A DNA stretch of 64,000 nucleotides, from the IMG/VR virus record IMGVR_UViG_3300041809_000571, positions 115,841 through 179,840 of that record, one strand, 5' to 3'. Position numbers and translations under genes: made by a program. Numbering within the stretch: position 1 is the first letter of the stretch; each line of letters starts with the position of its first letter. Origin of the DNA: a virus. Shown in pieces: positions 17,833-28,219 of this stretch. The notes beneath the pieces are model-generated. The model made no database searches. It had not been told where the DNA came from and saw only the letters and a program-made list of their open reading frames with translations.

Positions 17833-18694
17833 ACAGCCTGACATGAAGTGGGACATCAGCACCCCCGAACTGCGGGCGGAGGCGTTCCTCGAACTCTTCA
17901 AATACCTCAAGACCCAATGGAAGGTCTACCAGTGCGATTACTGGGGAAAGACCGGGGCCGAAAAAACCAAGCAGCACAAGCTGTACGGCTTGGCAAACGC
18001 CGGGGACGGTAAAGCCGCCGAAAAGCTGCTCAAGATGCGCATCGACTACGAGTATGAGAACTGGCACATAGTGAGCGTCCCAAATAATGGCGGAGAGCCT
18101 AAGCTCGTTCTGTCACGGCGGAGGAAATCTCCCTACGTTAAGGACATCTACGGGATGAGCGAAGGACGCACCCAAGTGACGCTGGACACGGGTGAGAAGA
18201 TTGAATTTGCCTACGTTCCCATCAACACCACCAGCGCCAACTGGGAGAACGGGTTTGCAGCGGCGAACTTCGTTCGTGATTCCCTCTACGAAAAATGCCA
18301 CAAGGATAACCAGTTGGAAAAGACGTTGGACGAAGTCTTGTCGCACATGAACTACATGCGGCTGGCCCTCCACTATACCCTCCACCCGGAGGCGCTCCGC
18401 TTGGGCGCAAGCTTGCCATCAATGCAACGGCGGGCACTGGAGACGGCGGCAACCTTGATTGAACAGCACGGGGACAGCGTGGCGGAGGAACTTAAGACCA
18501 CCCCCGTCCGGCCCACTGATATCCAGAATGCACAGAACGCCATCAGCAGCTTGACCCTCTTGCTGGAAAGTAGCCAGCGGCTTATGGGGGACCTGATTAA
18601 GGGGAAGTACCACCCCGTTGACGTGCAGCACGACCACACCCGCATCGGGAAGGATTTGGAAGCCATTAAGGAGAGCATGAAGTCTAACGCATGA
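17801..18694 (+). CDS. Hypothetical protein
   Basis: Start at ATG 17801 inside ORF 17699..18694. Confidence 0.5.
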   Translation: MLKTLIYGNRKQPDMKWDISTPELRAEAFLELFKYLKTQWKVYQCDYWGKTGAEKTKQHKLYGLANAGDGKAAEKLLKMRIDYEYENWHIVSVPNNGGEPKLVLSRRRKSPYVKDIYGMSEGRTQVTLDTGEKIEFAYVPINTTSANWENGFAAANFVRDSLYEKCHKDNQLEKTLDEVLSHMNYMRLALHYTLHPEALRLGASLPSMQRRALETAATLIEQHGDSVAEELKTTPVRPTDIQNAQNAISSLTLLLESSQRLMGDLIKGKYHPVDVQHDHTRIGKDLEAIKESMKSNA

Positions 18695-18700
18695 GGAACT

Positions 18701-19684
18701 ATGTGCTTTGATGAGCCGCTCCTAACTCGTGATGAGTTCCGGGAATCAGTGTTTGCCCGTGATGGGTACAAGTGTGTCGTGTGCGGGTCAAGGGAGAATG
18801 GCCTTGACGCCCACCATATCATCGACCGCAAACTCTTCTACAATGGAGGCTACTACCTCAGCAACGGTGTATCCCTGTGCTCTGATTGTCACATCAAAGC
18901 GGAAGACCCCAATGCCATCCGAGAATTCCTACCCTTCGCTCTCCGGGAGCGGGCGGGCATCAAGGAAATCATCCTACCAGACAAGCTGGACGCCAAGTGC
19001 GGAAACAACTACGACAAGTGGGGCAACTACATTTCCACCCTCATGGTGAAGTATCCCCACACGCCCCACGTGCTATGGTCGCCGGGGTACGACGCACAGG
19101 AAGATATGGTGCTGACCACCACTGACCACTGGGCGGGCAAGGAGGTAGTCATCACCGAAAAGATGGACGGTGAGGGCACCACCATGTATCAGGACAACTA
19201 CCATGCCCGGTCCTGCACGTATAAGCCGCATGTCAGCCGCAGCCGGGCGAGAGCAATATGGGGCCGCATCCGGTATGATATCCCCTTCGGCTGGCGCATT
19301 TGCGGGGAGAACGTCGCCGCCGAGCACAGCATCTCCTATGACAACCTGCCGGGGTACTTCATGGTATTCTCCATCTGGCAGGAGTTTGACGTGTGCCTTT
19401 CTTGGGACCAGACAGAAATTTGGTGCGGTCTTTTAGAGTTGCCCACCGTTCCAGTATTATGGAGAGGGACGTGGGACGAAGCCAAGTGCCGGGACATCAT
19501 CGACCACCTTGACTTGAAAAAGCAGGAAGGCATCGTCATCCGCCCGGCAGATGAATTCCGGCTGGACCAGATAGCCGACCCGGTCAACGGAGTCATGGGA
19601 AAGTGGGTCCGCAGGGGCCACGTTACCACCGACGAGCACTGGATGGATAAGCCAGTAGTTTGGAACAAACTAAAGGGGGAATAA
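18701..19684 (+). CDS. HNH nuclease fused to ATP-dependent RNA/DNA-ligase-like nucleotidyltransferase domain
   Basis: N-terminal HNH (CVVCGS ... DAHHIIDR ... NGVSLCSDCH); C-terminal ligase motifs I (EKMDGEG), IV (EGIVIRP) and V (GKWVRRGH). Confidence 0.6.
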   Translation: MCFDEPLLTRDEFRESVFARDGYKCVVCGSRENGLDAHHIIDRKLFYNGGYYLSNGVSLCSDCHIKAEDPNAIREFLPFALRERAGIKEIILPDKLDAKCGNNYDKWGNYISTLMVKYPHTPHVLWSPGYDAQEDMVLTTTDHWAGKEVVITEKMDGEGTTMYQDNYHARSCTYKPHVSRSRARAIWGRIRYDIPFGWRICGENVAAEHSISYDNLPGYFMVFSIWQEFDVCLSWDQTEIWCGLLELPTVPVLWRGTWDEAKCRDIIDHLDLKKQEGIVIRPADEFRLDQIADPVNGVMGKWVRRGHVTTDEHWMDKPVVWNKLKGE

Positions 19685-19995
19685 TGGAAGATTGGGAGAT
19701 TGAGATAGAGCTTCAAGAAAAGTTTTATGAGCGATGGGAGAAAATCGAGGAGGAAGACCTCAAGGGCAAGCCGGAAAGTCCGGTCACCAAGCGGGATGAC
19801 ATCACCGCTTTTCTTCTTTTGGATAAGCTCCAACCCGGCACGGATGATATGGTCTGCTGCGCCGAGCACGACCAAATTTGGCTGAGCATTGACACGGCGG
19901 AGTTGGCGAAAGTCATCACCGATGATGAAATTCGCACCCTCGTGCTGTGCGGTGTTCACATGGAAAATGGTGAAAGCCTTTACATGTTTCGATAA
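19684..19995 (+). CDS. Hypothetical acidic protein
   Basis: TAATG overlap; RBS AAGGGGG. Confidence 0.5.
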   Translation: MEDWEIEIELQEKFYERWEKIEEEDLKGKPESPVTKRDDITAFLLLDKLQPGTDDMVCCAEHDQIWLSIDTAELAKVITDDEIRTLVLCGVHMENGESLYMFR

Positions 19996-20003
19996 GGGGG
20001 CAT

Positions 20004-20300
20004 ATGACCCAAAAATGTACACAAACTTCGGACAGGCACTCATTCCCCATGGGAAAGGCGTACCCGGAAGCTCTCAATCCCGTGGCGGAGTTTGACATCG
20101 GGGGCCGCATGTTAAGCCTCTACACGGTCAAGGGCTACATGCCGTCCGAGAATTACACCCTGTACTGGAATGACGAGACCAATCCCGTCCAGCATAACAT
20201 GACCGCTTACGAGGTATTCAAGGCGTTGGAGAGCCTCCTCGAAACGGAAGCAGAGGAGCGCCGGGACAAGGAACTTGATTGGCAGGTGGAACACTCATGA
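20004..20300 (+). CDS. Hypothetical protein
   Basis: 98-aa ORF. Confidence 0.5.
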   Translation: MTQKCTQTSDRHSFPMGKAYPEALNPVAEFDIGGRMLSLYTVKGYMPSENYTLYWNDETNPVQHNMTAYEVFKALESLLETEAEERRDKELDWQVEHS

Positions 20301-20488
20301 GCGAATCTCCGTGCAGGATGACAATCGGTAAAGCAGAGTTGGTAATCAACCAAGAGGAATTCCAAACTATCTGGTCTTCCGTCCAGAAACGGATGCAAGA
20401 CCTTTTGATGTGGAGATACGAGGATATATCTCGCATCACGGTGGAAGAGACTTTGTATTTCCTTGGACACCGAAATGAGGGCACATGA
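20297..20488 (+). CDS. Hypothetical small protein
   Basis: ATGA-coupled. Confidence 0.4.
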   Translation: MSESPCRMTIGKAELVINQEEFQTIWSSVQKRMQDLLMWRYEDISRITVEETLYFLGHRNEGT

Positions 20489-20817
20489 GTGACCTGATTA
20501 TTACCACCGGCTGGTACTGGGTAGTGTTCAAAATCAGCCAACGGTTAGAGATACTGCGTTACACCGCCTTCTTGGAAGAAAAGGGGGTGTGGGAGGCTTT
20601 CGGCGACGATATGGAATACGACGCCGAGGACTTTGTGGTGTGGGGACCGGTAGCTACCCCGCAATATCTCGGCTGTGGTTGGTGCAACGCCACGGGATTC
20701 AAACCCAACCAAACCAAGATGGAGCACTGCCCCGGCTGCGATGGCACCGGACTGTACTCTGTGTTGGAGAAGCTACACGGAGAAAAAGCTCAGGAGGAAA
20801 ACCATGTACGACCGTGA
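20485..20817 (+). CDS. Protein with DnaJ-type CxxCxGxG zinc-finger pair
   Basis: CGWCNATG and CPGCDGTG at the C-terminus. Confidence 0.5.
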   Translation: MSDLIITTGWYWVVFKISQRLEILRYTAFLEEKGVWEAFGDDMEYDAEDFVVWGPVATPQYLGCGWCNATGFKPNQTKMEHCPGCDGTGLYSVLEKLHGEKAQEENHVRP

Positions 20818-21265
20818 AAGGTTTGAGAGGGAGTGGAAGAAGTATGAGAAAGACAACAAGATAGCCGGTATCCCCGTGGGGGCGAAGATGGCAGCGGAAG
20901 CCCTGTGGGACGCCGCTCATAAACCCTTCCCCGAGGAATCCAAGCCCGACCGGGATGATTTCCTCCAGAAGGGGTGGTACTGGATTCGGTGGGTCACGGA
21001 ATTGGGCGGGATGAAAATCGGTGGGGCAATGCAGATAGCCGAGTGGAGCGACATCAGCAAACAGTGGCTCGTCTGCGGCGGCACGGAGCCGCTAAACCCC
21101 AAGGGCTTCATCGTAATCAAACGCATCCCCAACCCCTGTAACTACTGCTCCGGGGAAGGCTACGCCGTGAACTACTTGGAGAAACCGGGCGGTAGAATCA
21201 AACTCATCAATCACAACTTCCCCTGTAACCGTTGCAAGGGCACGGGCGAGGACCCGGAACAATAA
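20804..21265 (+). CDS. Paralogous protein with DnaJ-type CxxCxGxG zinc-finger pair
   Basis: CNYCSGEG and CNRCKGTG at the C-terminus; start at ATG 20804 after AGGAGG. Confidence 0.55.
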   Translation: MYDRERFEREWKKYEKDNKIAGIPVGAKMAAEALWDAAHKPFPEESKPDRDDFLQKGWYWIRWVTELGGMKIGGAMQIAEWSDISKQWLVCGGTEPLNPKGFIVIKRIPNPCNYCSGEGYAVNYLEKPGGRIKLINHNFPCNRCKGTGEDPEQ

Positions 21266-21266
21266 C

Positions 21267-21803
21267 ATGAAAAAGTTTGGCAGACTCTACATTGACATTG
21301 ATGATACCATATTCGGCAAATATCGCCGGGACAGTTTCCTCGAATTGCGCCCCGGCATCATCGGTCAATTGCGGGTCCTCGCCAAGCTATTCGATTGTTA
21401 CTGGCTCACCTGCTGGCCTTGGGATAACCCACCACATCACATGGACGTACAAACTCTCCTCCAAGTGCTTTATGCCCATGACCTCGTAAAAGACATCAAC
21501 TACATGCGCTGGAAGCTCGCTGACCCGGACGGAAAAGCTGGGGCAGTGTTGGACCCCACTCAGCCGCAGGACTTTTGGTGGTTGGAAGACAAGCTCGATA
21601 GAGAGGAATTGGCCGCTTTGGAACGGGCGGGTAAGCTTGACCGTTACATTGAAGTCGATTCTGTTGGTCCGTGGAAGTTTGCCGATGCCTGCTTGGAGCT
21701 TTTCAAGCGCACCGAAATCAACCACGAAAACCTCATGAAAGCTGGAGGAAGTTTCAAGGTATTCCGCAAAGAAGACTTCCTCACCCCGGTCATAGTCACA
21801 TGA
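21267..21803 (+). CDS. HAD-superfamily hydrolase/phosphatase-like protein
   Basis: Motif I LYIDIDDTIF (hhhDxDxT) at the N-terminus. Confidence 0.5.
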   Translation: MKKFGRLYIDIDDTIFGKYRRDSFLELRPGIIGQLRVLAKLFDCYWLTCWPWDNPPHHMDVQTLLQVLYAHDLVKDINYMRWKLADPDGKAGAVLDPTQPQDFWWLEDKLDREELAALERAGKLDRYIEVDSVGPWKFADACLELFKRTEINHENLMKAGGSFKVFRKEDFLTPVIVT

Positions 21804-22021
21804 TACCACTAGGCACTTTAGTTGAAGTTGAGGAGACAGGCGTCCGGCTATTCGTTGTGTACCATACGAAAGATTGTGACCGGATAACTGACCTCTACTG
21901 GCTGTCCCCCGACAGGGAGGATACACAGCAGTCAGACCCACGGTTTGCCAATCCCCACTGGACAGGTGGGTACCCCGAATGGGGTTTGAAAAAAGTACGC
22001 CGACGACCAACCACGCCATAG
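21800..22021 (+). CDS. Hypothetical small protein
   Basis: ATGA-coupled start at 21800. Confidence 0.45.
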   Translation: MIPLGTLVEVEETGVRLFVVYHTKDCDRITDLYWLSPDREDTQQSDPRFANPHWTGGYPEWGLKKVRRRPTTP

Positions 22022-22062
22022 TCACCCCCTAAATCCCCACCATCCGCCTATCGCTTTCATAA

Positions 22063-22866
22063 GTGATGGGCAACTCGAACTTCATCCCGATTTGGACCGT
22101 ACTTGCTGATTACCCCAACGGCCCCTACCAGAAGACCCTCGCCCCCGCTATCACCAAATCCTTGGGACCGGCGAGCGCCGGGTCGATTCCCGTCCTTGGA
22201 GCCAATGGACAACTTGACCCCTCCTTTGGAGGCGGCGGCTCCTACATCTATCCCACGGTCAGCCTATCGGTCACTCCCAGTCAGGTGGAAGTCGCCACGA
22301 CAATGCGGAATTGTACCCTGAACTGGACGGTCAACAAGACCATGACTTTTCAGACCTTGACCGGAGACCCCAGCCTCATCCCCAGCGGGTCCGTGGATAT
22401 CACCCCCGGCACGACCTTCTTTGTCAGCAACGGACCCATCACGCCGGGCGCTCCACAGGTTTTCACCTTCAACATTCTGGTGGGAGATGGCCTCCACACC
22501 GCCACGTCAAGCTGCACTTTGACTTTCAATCCCGCCCGATACTGGGGAGTGAACGTAAACGCCCTCCTCACCAACGACCAAGTTCTGGGCCTTCCCATTA
22601 CACCCTCTGGGGGTAAGGACTTGGAAGGAAACTACAACCTCACCATCGCCTACAACTGCTCAACGGGCGGCGGCGATTACCCCTATTTCTGCTTCCCATT
22701 TGCTTATGGGACGCCCTCTAACGTAACCGTGGGAGGATTGGCGTTCTCTGCCTTCACTGTGACGCAGCAAACGGTCACTAATTTGGGAGGATACTCTGCC
22801 AACTACAACATCATTAGATTCAACTTTATACAGACAGGAGCCAACATAAGAACGGTCTGGGCTTAA
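22063..22866 (+). CDS. Tail-fibre-associated structural protein (hypothetical)
   Basis: 267-aa Gly/Thr/Asn-rich beta-type sequence immediately upstream of the giant fibre gene. Confidence 0.55.
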   Translation: MMGNSNFIPIWTVLADYPNGPYQKTLAPAITKSLGPASAGSIPVLGANGQLDPSFGGGGSYIYPTVSLSVTPSQVEVATTMRNCTLNWTVNKTMTFQTLTGDPSLIPSGSVDITPGTTFFVSNGPITPGAPQVFTFNILVGDGLHTATSSCTLTFNPARYWGVNVNALLTNDQVLGLPITPSGGKDLEGNYNLTIAYNCSTGGGDYPYFCFPFAYGTPSNVTVGGLAFSAFTVTQQTVTNLGGYSANYNIIRFNFIQTGANIRTVWA

Positions 22867-22867
22867 T

Positions 22868-25800
22868 ATGCCAACTCCCCTAACAGGAACGAACGTTGCA
22901 GCGCCGATAGTCCCCTTCACGGACGGAGACATTTTTCCGACCCATGAGGCGTTGTACGGTTTGGGCGGTTGGCGGGAAGTGGCTGACTACACCACCCGAG
23001 ATGCTATTCCTGTTGCCCGGCAAGAAGTCGGTATGGTGGTCTACGTTCTCTCTGACCAAACCTACTGGCAATTGCAGGTAGTTGGCAGCCCACCCACCTA
23101 TAGCCAACTTATCATGGGAAGCGCCGGGGCGACCGGCCCGACCGGATACACAGGTTACACGGGACCCGGAAATTTTACAGGCTATACCGGATACAGTGGT
23201 TCACCGGGTCTGACTTACGCCTTAACTCCCCCCACGATTGTTCAGACAGCTACTACCAGTGTTGACGGTGTGGGAGGATACACCTGCACCCTCGCTGCCA
23301 GCCCGACCGCAGGAAACGTCCTCCTCATCATGCTATTGGGTCGCTACTATCCTCTCGGCAGCACTGAGACGCTTCCTCCGGGATTCTCCACGGCTTATGC
23401 CCCTACACCGCTTAATGGTGGAGGATACAGTGCCATAGGTATGGTTGGATACCACCCGGTATCGCCGGGAGACGGCAAAGTGTGGACCGGAACGTGGACA
23501 GGCTCTTACGCCCAAATGGCGGTGATGTTCGAGCTTTCCAACGCTGGGCTTTTCGAGTGTCAGTTTGGCATTGCTACGGCAGCGGGAGTTATTGACAACA
23601 CCATCCTCACCATGGGAACCGTGAACATTCCCTTTGGAGCGGCGGTGTTCGCCCAAAGCCTTGTTGCCAAAAGTGGTGACGCTGATTACTATGTCGGCTC
23701 TTCCCCTAGCTTCTACAATCAAGGAGCAGGTAACCCACCCCTGACGTTCGGCCCCGGTGGGTTCATGAACCTCTCCGATATGGGCGGATGCTTGTACGGC
23801 GTGGGAAGCATTGTTCCTAACGCCGCCATAACCCAGACCATCAATCAGGCGTACACCAACAATGAGTACCTCATCGTCGTGGTGCCTGCGGTCATTGGTG
23901 GAGTGGGTGCAACCGGGTACACAGGCCCCGGCAACTTCACAGGATATACAGGACCGAGCGGTTACACGGGGCCAACCGGTTATCCCGGCTCGGCAATGAG
24001 TACCGGAGCAACTGGATATTCGGGGTACACTGGTTACACTGGTCCGGGAATAACTGGCTACACCGGCCCCGGAAATTTCACAGGATTTACGGGCTACACG
24101 GGATTCACGGGATACACGGGTCTCCCCGGCTCCGCCACGAATACCGGTGCGACTGGGTACACGGGTTACACTGGTCCCAATATAACCGGTTACACCGGCC
24201 CGACCGGGCCGGGTAATTTCACGGGATACACGGGCTACACGGGACCTAACATAACCGGCTACACAGGTCCAACCGGTTACACCGGGCCGGGAAATTTCAC
24301 AGGTTATACTGGACGAACTGGTTATACCGGGTACACCGGAATCCCCGGCTCTGCAACAGCTACGGGAGCCACTGGACCCATTGGTCCCACGGGTTATACG
24401 GGTTATGTCGGTTACACCGGACCCACCGGGCCGGGTAATTTCACAGGATATACGGGATACACGGGACAAGGAATGACCGGTGCGACCGGATATACCGGAC
24501 CGGGTAATTTCACAGGTTATACAGGACCGGGGAACTTCACTGGCTCAACCGGCTACACTGGACCCAGCATAACTGGTTACACAGGTTATACAGGCCCCGG
24601 AAATTTCACGGGTTATACGGGGTACACGGGATACACAGGACCTAATATCACGGGATATACCGGCCCAACCGGGCCGGGTAATTTCACCGGTTACTCTGGG
24701 TACACCGGTTACACTGGACCTAATAGCACAGGTTGGACAGGCTACACTGGACCCGGTAATTTCACTGGGTTTACTGGTTATACAGGTTACACCGGTCCAC
24801 ATATCACGGGATACACCGGCCCGACCGGGCCGGGTAATTTCACGGGCTTCACCGGATACACAGGACCACAAATAACCGGACCCACAGGACCCGGAAACTT
24901 TACGGGATATACCGGATACACGGGAGACACGGGTTGGACTGGTTATGTCGGCTACAGCGGACCCACTGGTTACACCGGGCCGGGGAACTTCACTGGCTTT
25001 ACGGGCTACACAGGTCCTAGTTACTCCGGGTGGACTGGTTACACAGGATATACCGGTCCGGGTAATTTCACAGGATTCACCGGTTACACGGGTTATACAG
25101 GGCCTAACATCACAGGCTACACGGGACCAACCGGACCCGGTAATTTCACAGGTTATACCGGTCCGACAGGTCACACGGGTTACTCTGGTTACACCGGCCC
25201 TACCGGTCCGGGTAATTTCACAGGATTCACCGGATATTCTGGATATACAGGATTTAGCGGTTACACTGGACCCACGGGACCGGGGAACTTCACTGGCTTT
25301 ACGGGCTACACCGGTTACACTGGTCCACAGGTTACCGGCTACACGGGACCGACCGGACCCGGAAATTTCACAGGTTATACCGGCTATACTGGCTACGGAA
25401 GCACCGGTTACACCGGATACACAGGTCGAACTGGCTACACAGGTCCTACTGGTTTTACCGGCTACACAGGAAATGCTCCTGCCTTAGCCTTCGGTGAGTT
25501 GACCTTCGACAACAACAGCACTCCCACTACGATGACCTTGCAGAGCACGTGGTACCAAATCACGGGAATGCTGCTGGGGAACTACAACGGTGGAGTGACG
25601 CCGGTCGGAGGAGCTACCTCCAACTTCACCATGAATACGGGTGGAGAATATCAGACTGCCATGAGCATGTCCCTATTCCCCTCCGCCACAGGGCATACCT
25701 TTCTGTTTGGTGTCTTTCACAACGGCGTTCTTATCACTGACCACACGGCGGAAATACAACTAGCCGACACCGATACGGTCGTTATTGGTATCACGGGTAT

Positions 25801-27466
25801 TGAAAACTTTACGGCGGGAGACACGGCTGACCTTCGGGTACAGTGTCTTGATGCAGCAGGACAGAGCATCACTCCCGTCTACATGAACTTCAACGTGTAC
25901 GCCGTGGGAGGAGTGGGACCAAGCGGATATACAGGTTACACTGGATATAGCGGATTTACGGGACCGACTGGTCCCGGCAACTTTACAGGTTACACAGGTT
26001 ATACGGGAGCGACGGGTTTCACTGGGCCTACAGGACCCGGAAACTTCACTGGGTTTACAGGCTACACGGGGTTCTCAGGTTACACGGGAAACACTGGTCC
26101 TACCGGCCCCGGAAATTTCACAGGCTTCACGGGTTATTCGGGTTACAGCGGTCCAACCGGATATACTGGTCCAACCGGGCCGGGGAATTTCACTGGTTAC
26201 ACGGGGTACACAGGTTACTCTGGTTATACCGGTAACACTGGATATACCGGACCCGGTAATTTCACAGGTTACACAGGTTACTCAGGATACACGGGTCCCA
26301 CGGGATTTACGGGTTTCACGGGTCCCGGCAATTTTACCGGCTACACCGGTTACACCGGTTACATAGGAACTACTGGTTACACCGGATATACCGGCCCCGG
26401 AAACTTTACGGGTTACACAGGTTATACCGGATATACAGGAACTACTGGCTATACGGGCTACACTGGACCCGGAGCGTTCACCGGCTACACTGGATATACA
26501 GGCTATACCGGATATACGGGGTATGGCAGTACGGGGATGACCGGCTACACCGGATACACCGGATATACTGGAACTGGAGGAACCGGCTACACCGGTTACA
26601 CGGGACCAAGCGGTGGCCCTATCGGCCCCACGGGATACACGGGGCCAATGGGCGGAGACCAAGTCGATGTCAATGGCAGCCAAGTCATCACCGCCGCAGC
26701 ATTCACCGGCTACAGCGGTCCAACTGGGTACACGGGGTATGGTGCCACAGGTTATACGGGGCCGGGAAATTTCACGGGGTATACGGGTTACACAGGACTA
26801 GCTGGGGTGGGGTCGTTCACCCTCACCGAGAATGGGGTCACGGTCAGCACCTCCGCCGCCAATTTCAGCAACACCACCCCTGCCGCACCGGCAGGTGGGA
26901 CCAATGTCAAGTGGCAGAACGATAGCTCCACCCCGCCTAATGTGTCTGCCTATATGCCTAGTAGCCTTTACCTGCTTGAGCAGCATACTGCCTCAAGCTC
27001 AGCCTCCTTAGCATTCACGAACTGGTATTCCTCTTCCTTTGATGAGTATGTTGTTGAGTTTAAAGAGTTTATACCATCTACTGGGAGCCCTTATCTTGTC
27101 ATCCAACTTGGTGGAGATTCAACATCTGGTCATTATTTCTGGAGTTGGGTTTATAACGGTACTTCTGGGGCTGGTGCTCCCGGCACGCAGGACCAGACAG
27201 CCTTAAGCTATAGCTCAGGGATTGTCATCAACAACAACGGTAGCACTACACTACCGATAAGCGGCACGCTAAAGCTTTTCAATCCAGCCGGTACAACATA
27301 CCCTAAAGTAGTAATGCTGACCTCAGCATCTTTAGTCAGCAGACTAGTAACAAACAGTGGGGGAGGGTACTGGAACTCCACATCCGCCTACACTGCATTC
27401 TCTATATTGTTCTCCAGTGGCAATATCGCTACGGGAACGGCCCGTTGCTATGGAGTAGGACACTAA
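22868..27466 (+). CDS. Giant collagen-like tail fibre protein (1532 aa)
   Basis: Two long Gly-X-Y blocks dominated by GYT/GPT triplets and the recurring GPGNFTG unit, separated by a globular beta-domain; the C-terminal domain begins with the [10 protein letters not shown] module. Confidence 0.85.
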   Translation: MPTPLTGTNVAAPIVPFTDGDIFPTHEALYGLGGWREVADYTTRDAIPVARQEVGMVVYVLSDQTYWQLQVVGSPPTYSQLIMGSAGATGPTGYTGYTGPGNFTGYTGYSGSPGLTYALTPPTIVQTATTSVDGVGGYTCTLAASPTAGNVLLIMLLGRYYPLGSTETLPPGFSTAYAPTPLNGGGYSAIGMVGYHPVSPGDGKVWTGTWTGSYAQMAVMFELSNAGLFECQFGIATAAGVIDNTILTMGTVNIPFGAAVFAQSLVAKSGDADYYVGSSPSFYNQGAGNPPLTFGPGGFMNLSDMGGCLYGVGSIVPNAAITQTINQAYTNNEYLIVVVPAVIGGVGATGYTGPGNFTGYTGPSGYTGPTGYPGSAMSTGATGYSGYTGYTGPGITGYTGPGNFTGFTGYTGFTGYTGLPGSATNTGATGYTGYTGPNITGYTGPTGPGNFTGYTGYTGPNITGYTGPTGYTGPGNFTGYTGRTGYTGYTGIPGSATATGATGPIGPTGYTGYVGYTGPTGPGNFTGYTGYTGQGMTGATGYTGPGNFTGYTGPGNFTGSTGYTGPSITGYTGYTGPGNFTGYTGYTGYTGPNITGYTGPTGPGNFTGYSGYTGYTGPNSTGWTGYTGPGNFTGFTGYTGYTGPHITGYTGPTGPGNFTGFTGYTGPQITGPTGPGNFTGYTGYTGDTGWTGYVGYSGPTGYTGPGNFTGFTGYTGPSYSGWTGYTGYTGPGNFTGFTGYTGYTGPNITGYTGPTGPGNFTGYTGPTGHTGYSGYTGPTGPGNFTGFTGYSGYTGFSGYTGPTGPGNFTGFTGYTGYTGPQVTGYTGPTGPGNFTGYTGYTGYGSTGYTGYTGRTGYTGPTGFTGYTGNAPALAFGELTFDNNSTPTTMTLQSTWYQITGMLLGNYNGGVTPVGGATSNFTMNTGGEYQTAMSMSLFPSATGHTFLFGVFHNGVLITDHTAEIQLADTDTVVIGITGIENFTAGDTADLRVQCLDAAGQSITPVYMNFNVYAVGGVGPSGYTGYTGYSGFTGPTGPGNFTGYTGYTGATGFTGPTGPGNFTGFTGYTGFSGYTGNTGPTGPGNFTGFTGYSGYSGPTGYTGPTGPGNFTGYTGYTGYSGYTGNTGYTGPGNFTGYTGYSGYTGPTGFTGFTGPGNFTGYTGYTGYIGTTGYTGYTGPGNFTGYTGYTGYTGTTGYTGYTGPGAFTGYTGYTGYTGYTGYGSTGMTGYTGYTGYTGTGGTGYTGYTGPSGGPIGPTGYTGPMGGDQVDVNGSQVITAAAFTGYSGPTGYTGYGATGYTGPGNFTGYTGYTGLAGVGSFTLTENGVTVSTSAANFSNTTPAAPAGGTNVKWQNDSSTPPNVSAYMPSSLYLLEQHTASSSASLAFTNWYSSSFDEYVVEFKEFIPSTGSPYLVIQLGGDSTSGHYFWSWVYNGTSGAGAPGTQDQTALSYSSGIVINNNGSTTLPISGTLKLFNPAGTTYPKVVMLTSASLVSRLVTNSGGGYWNSTSAYTAFSILFSSGNIATGTARCYGVGH
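23903..25478 (+). repeat. Tandem nucleotide repeats encoding collagen-like block 1 ([24 protein letters not shown] units of about 26 aa / 78 nt)
   Basis: Repeated ggttacaccggcccgaccgggccgggtaatttcac(a/g)gg(a/t)tacacggg units visible in the sequence. Confidence 0.8.
25919..26800 (+). repeat. Tandem nucleotide repeats encoding collagen-like block 2
   Basis: Same unit family as block 1. Confidence 0.8.
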
Positions 27467-28209
27467 TGGCAAACGCAATCAATCTAAACAACACCACCCC
27501 TGCGGCACCAGCCGGAGGCAAAAACGTCATCTGGCAGAACGACGGGTTGACTCCGCCCAATGTATCGGCATATGTACCCGGCATGATATTCAACGTGGAT
27601 ACTCCACCCGCCAGTCCCAGTGCTTACGACGACGAGTTCAACTCCACGACCTTGAATGCCAAGTGGACGCAGACGACCAGCGCCCTCTCCTCATACAGTA
27701 TCGGCACACAGGTTCCCGGCTGTATCTACTGCAACATGACGGTGCCCGGTTACTACAATATCAGCCAGCCGTTTCCCGTGTCCTCCGGTGTAGCCACGGA
27801 TGTCACGGTGAAGTGCTACATTCGGCCTTATGCAAACTATCAGTTCATCTACCTGAAGCTGACCGACAACCTAACACCCTCAAACGGTATCGGGACCGCC
27901 ATCTCTTATGTGAATGCCGTGGTTTGGGACTGGAGTTGGTGGTCGGGCGGGAGCAACAACCAGAACTTCCCGGCAGTGCCGTACTCAGGCGGGACATGGT
28001 ACCTGCACCTGCAAAAGACCGCAGCCAATGTATGGTCAGCCTATGGTAGTGATGACGGGATAAGCTGGATTGTGTTGAGCAGCAACATCAACTCTGGTTA
28101 CAACCCAACTATCAATTATCTAACCCTGACAATGGAGCAGGACTCAACTTCCAGTCGCATACAGATGGCGGTTGACTGGGTGCGCTGCAACTGGCTGGTG
28201 ATACCGTAG
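27466..28209 (+). CDS. Tail fibre tip/alternative receptor-binding protein
   Basis: N-terminal [33 protein letters not shown] module shared with the fibre C-terminal domain and with the next gene; TAATG overlap. Confidence 0.65.
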   Translation: MANAINLNNTTPAAPAGGKNVIWQNDGLTPPNVSAYVPGMIFNVDTPPASPSAYDDEFNSTTLNAKWTQTTSALSSYSIGTQVPGCIYCNMTVPGYYNISQPFPVSSGVATDVTVKCYIRPYANYQFIYLKLTDNLTPSNGIGTAISYVNAVVWDWSWWSGGSNNQNFPAVPYSGGTWYLHLQKTAANVWSAYGSDDGISWIVLSSNINSGYNPTINYLTLTMEQDSTSSRIQMAVDWVRCNWLVIP

Positions 28210-28219
28210 GAGAATATCT

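Noticed and set aside
19450-19462. CCAGTATTATGG copy of the GTATTATT motif inside the HNH-ligase gene
   Set aside because: Lies in-frame within a well-supported coding region (PVLW), with no downstream ATG at the fixed 3-nt spacing; likely a chance occurrence, though an internal promoter cannot be excluded.
23333-24469. 378-aa minus-strand ORF antisense to the collagen-like fibre gene (also 24545..25174 -, 26282..26683 -)
   Set aside because: Arises from the repetitive, GC-rich triplet periodicity of the collagen repeats. The Arg/Ser/Gly-rich translation is non-protein-like and is entirely contained in the strong + strand gene.
23903-26800. Regular short tandem repeats that could be mistaken for a CRISPR array
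   Set aside because: The repeats are in-frame codon repeats of a collagen-like protein (continuous Gly-X-Y reading frame), not repeat-spacer units.
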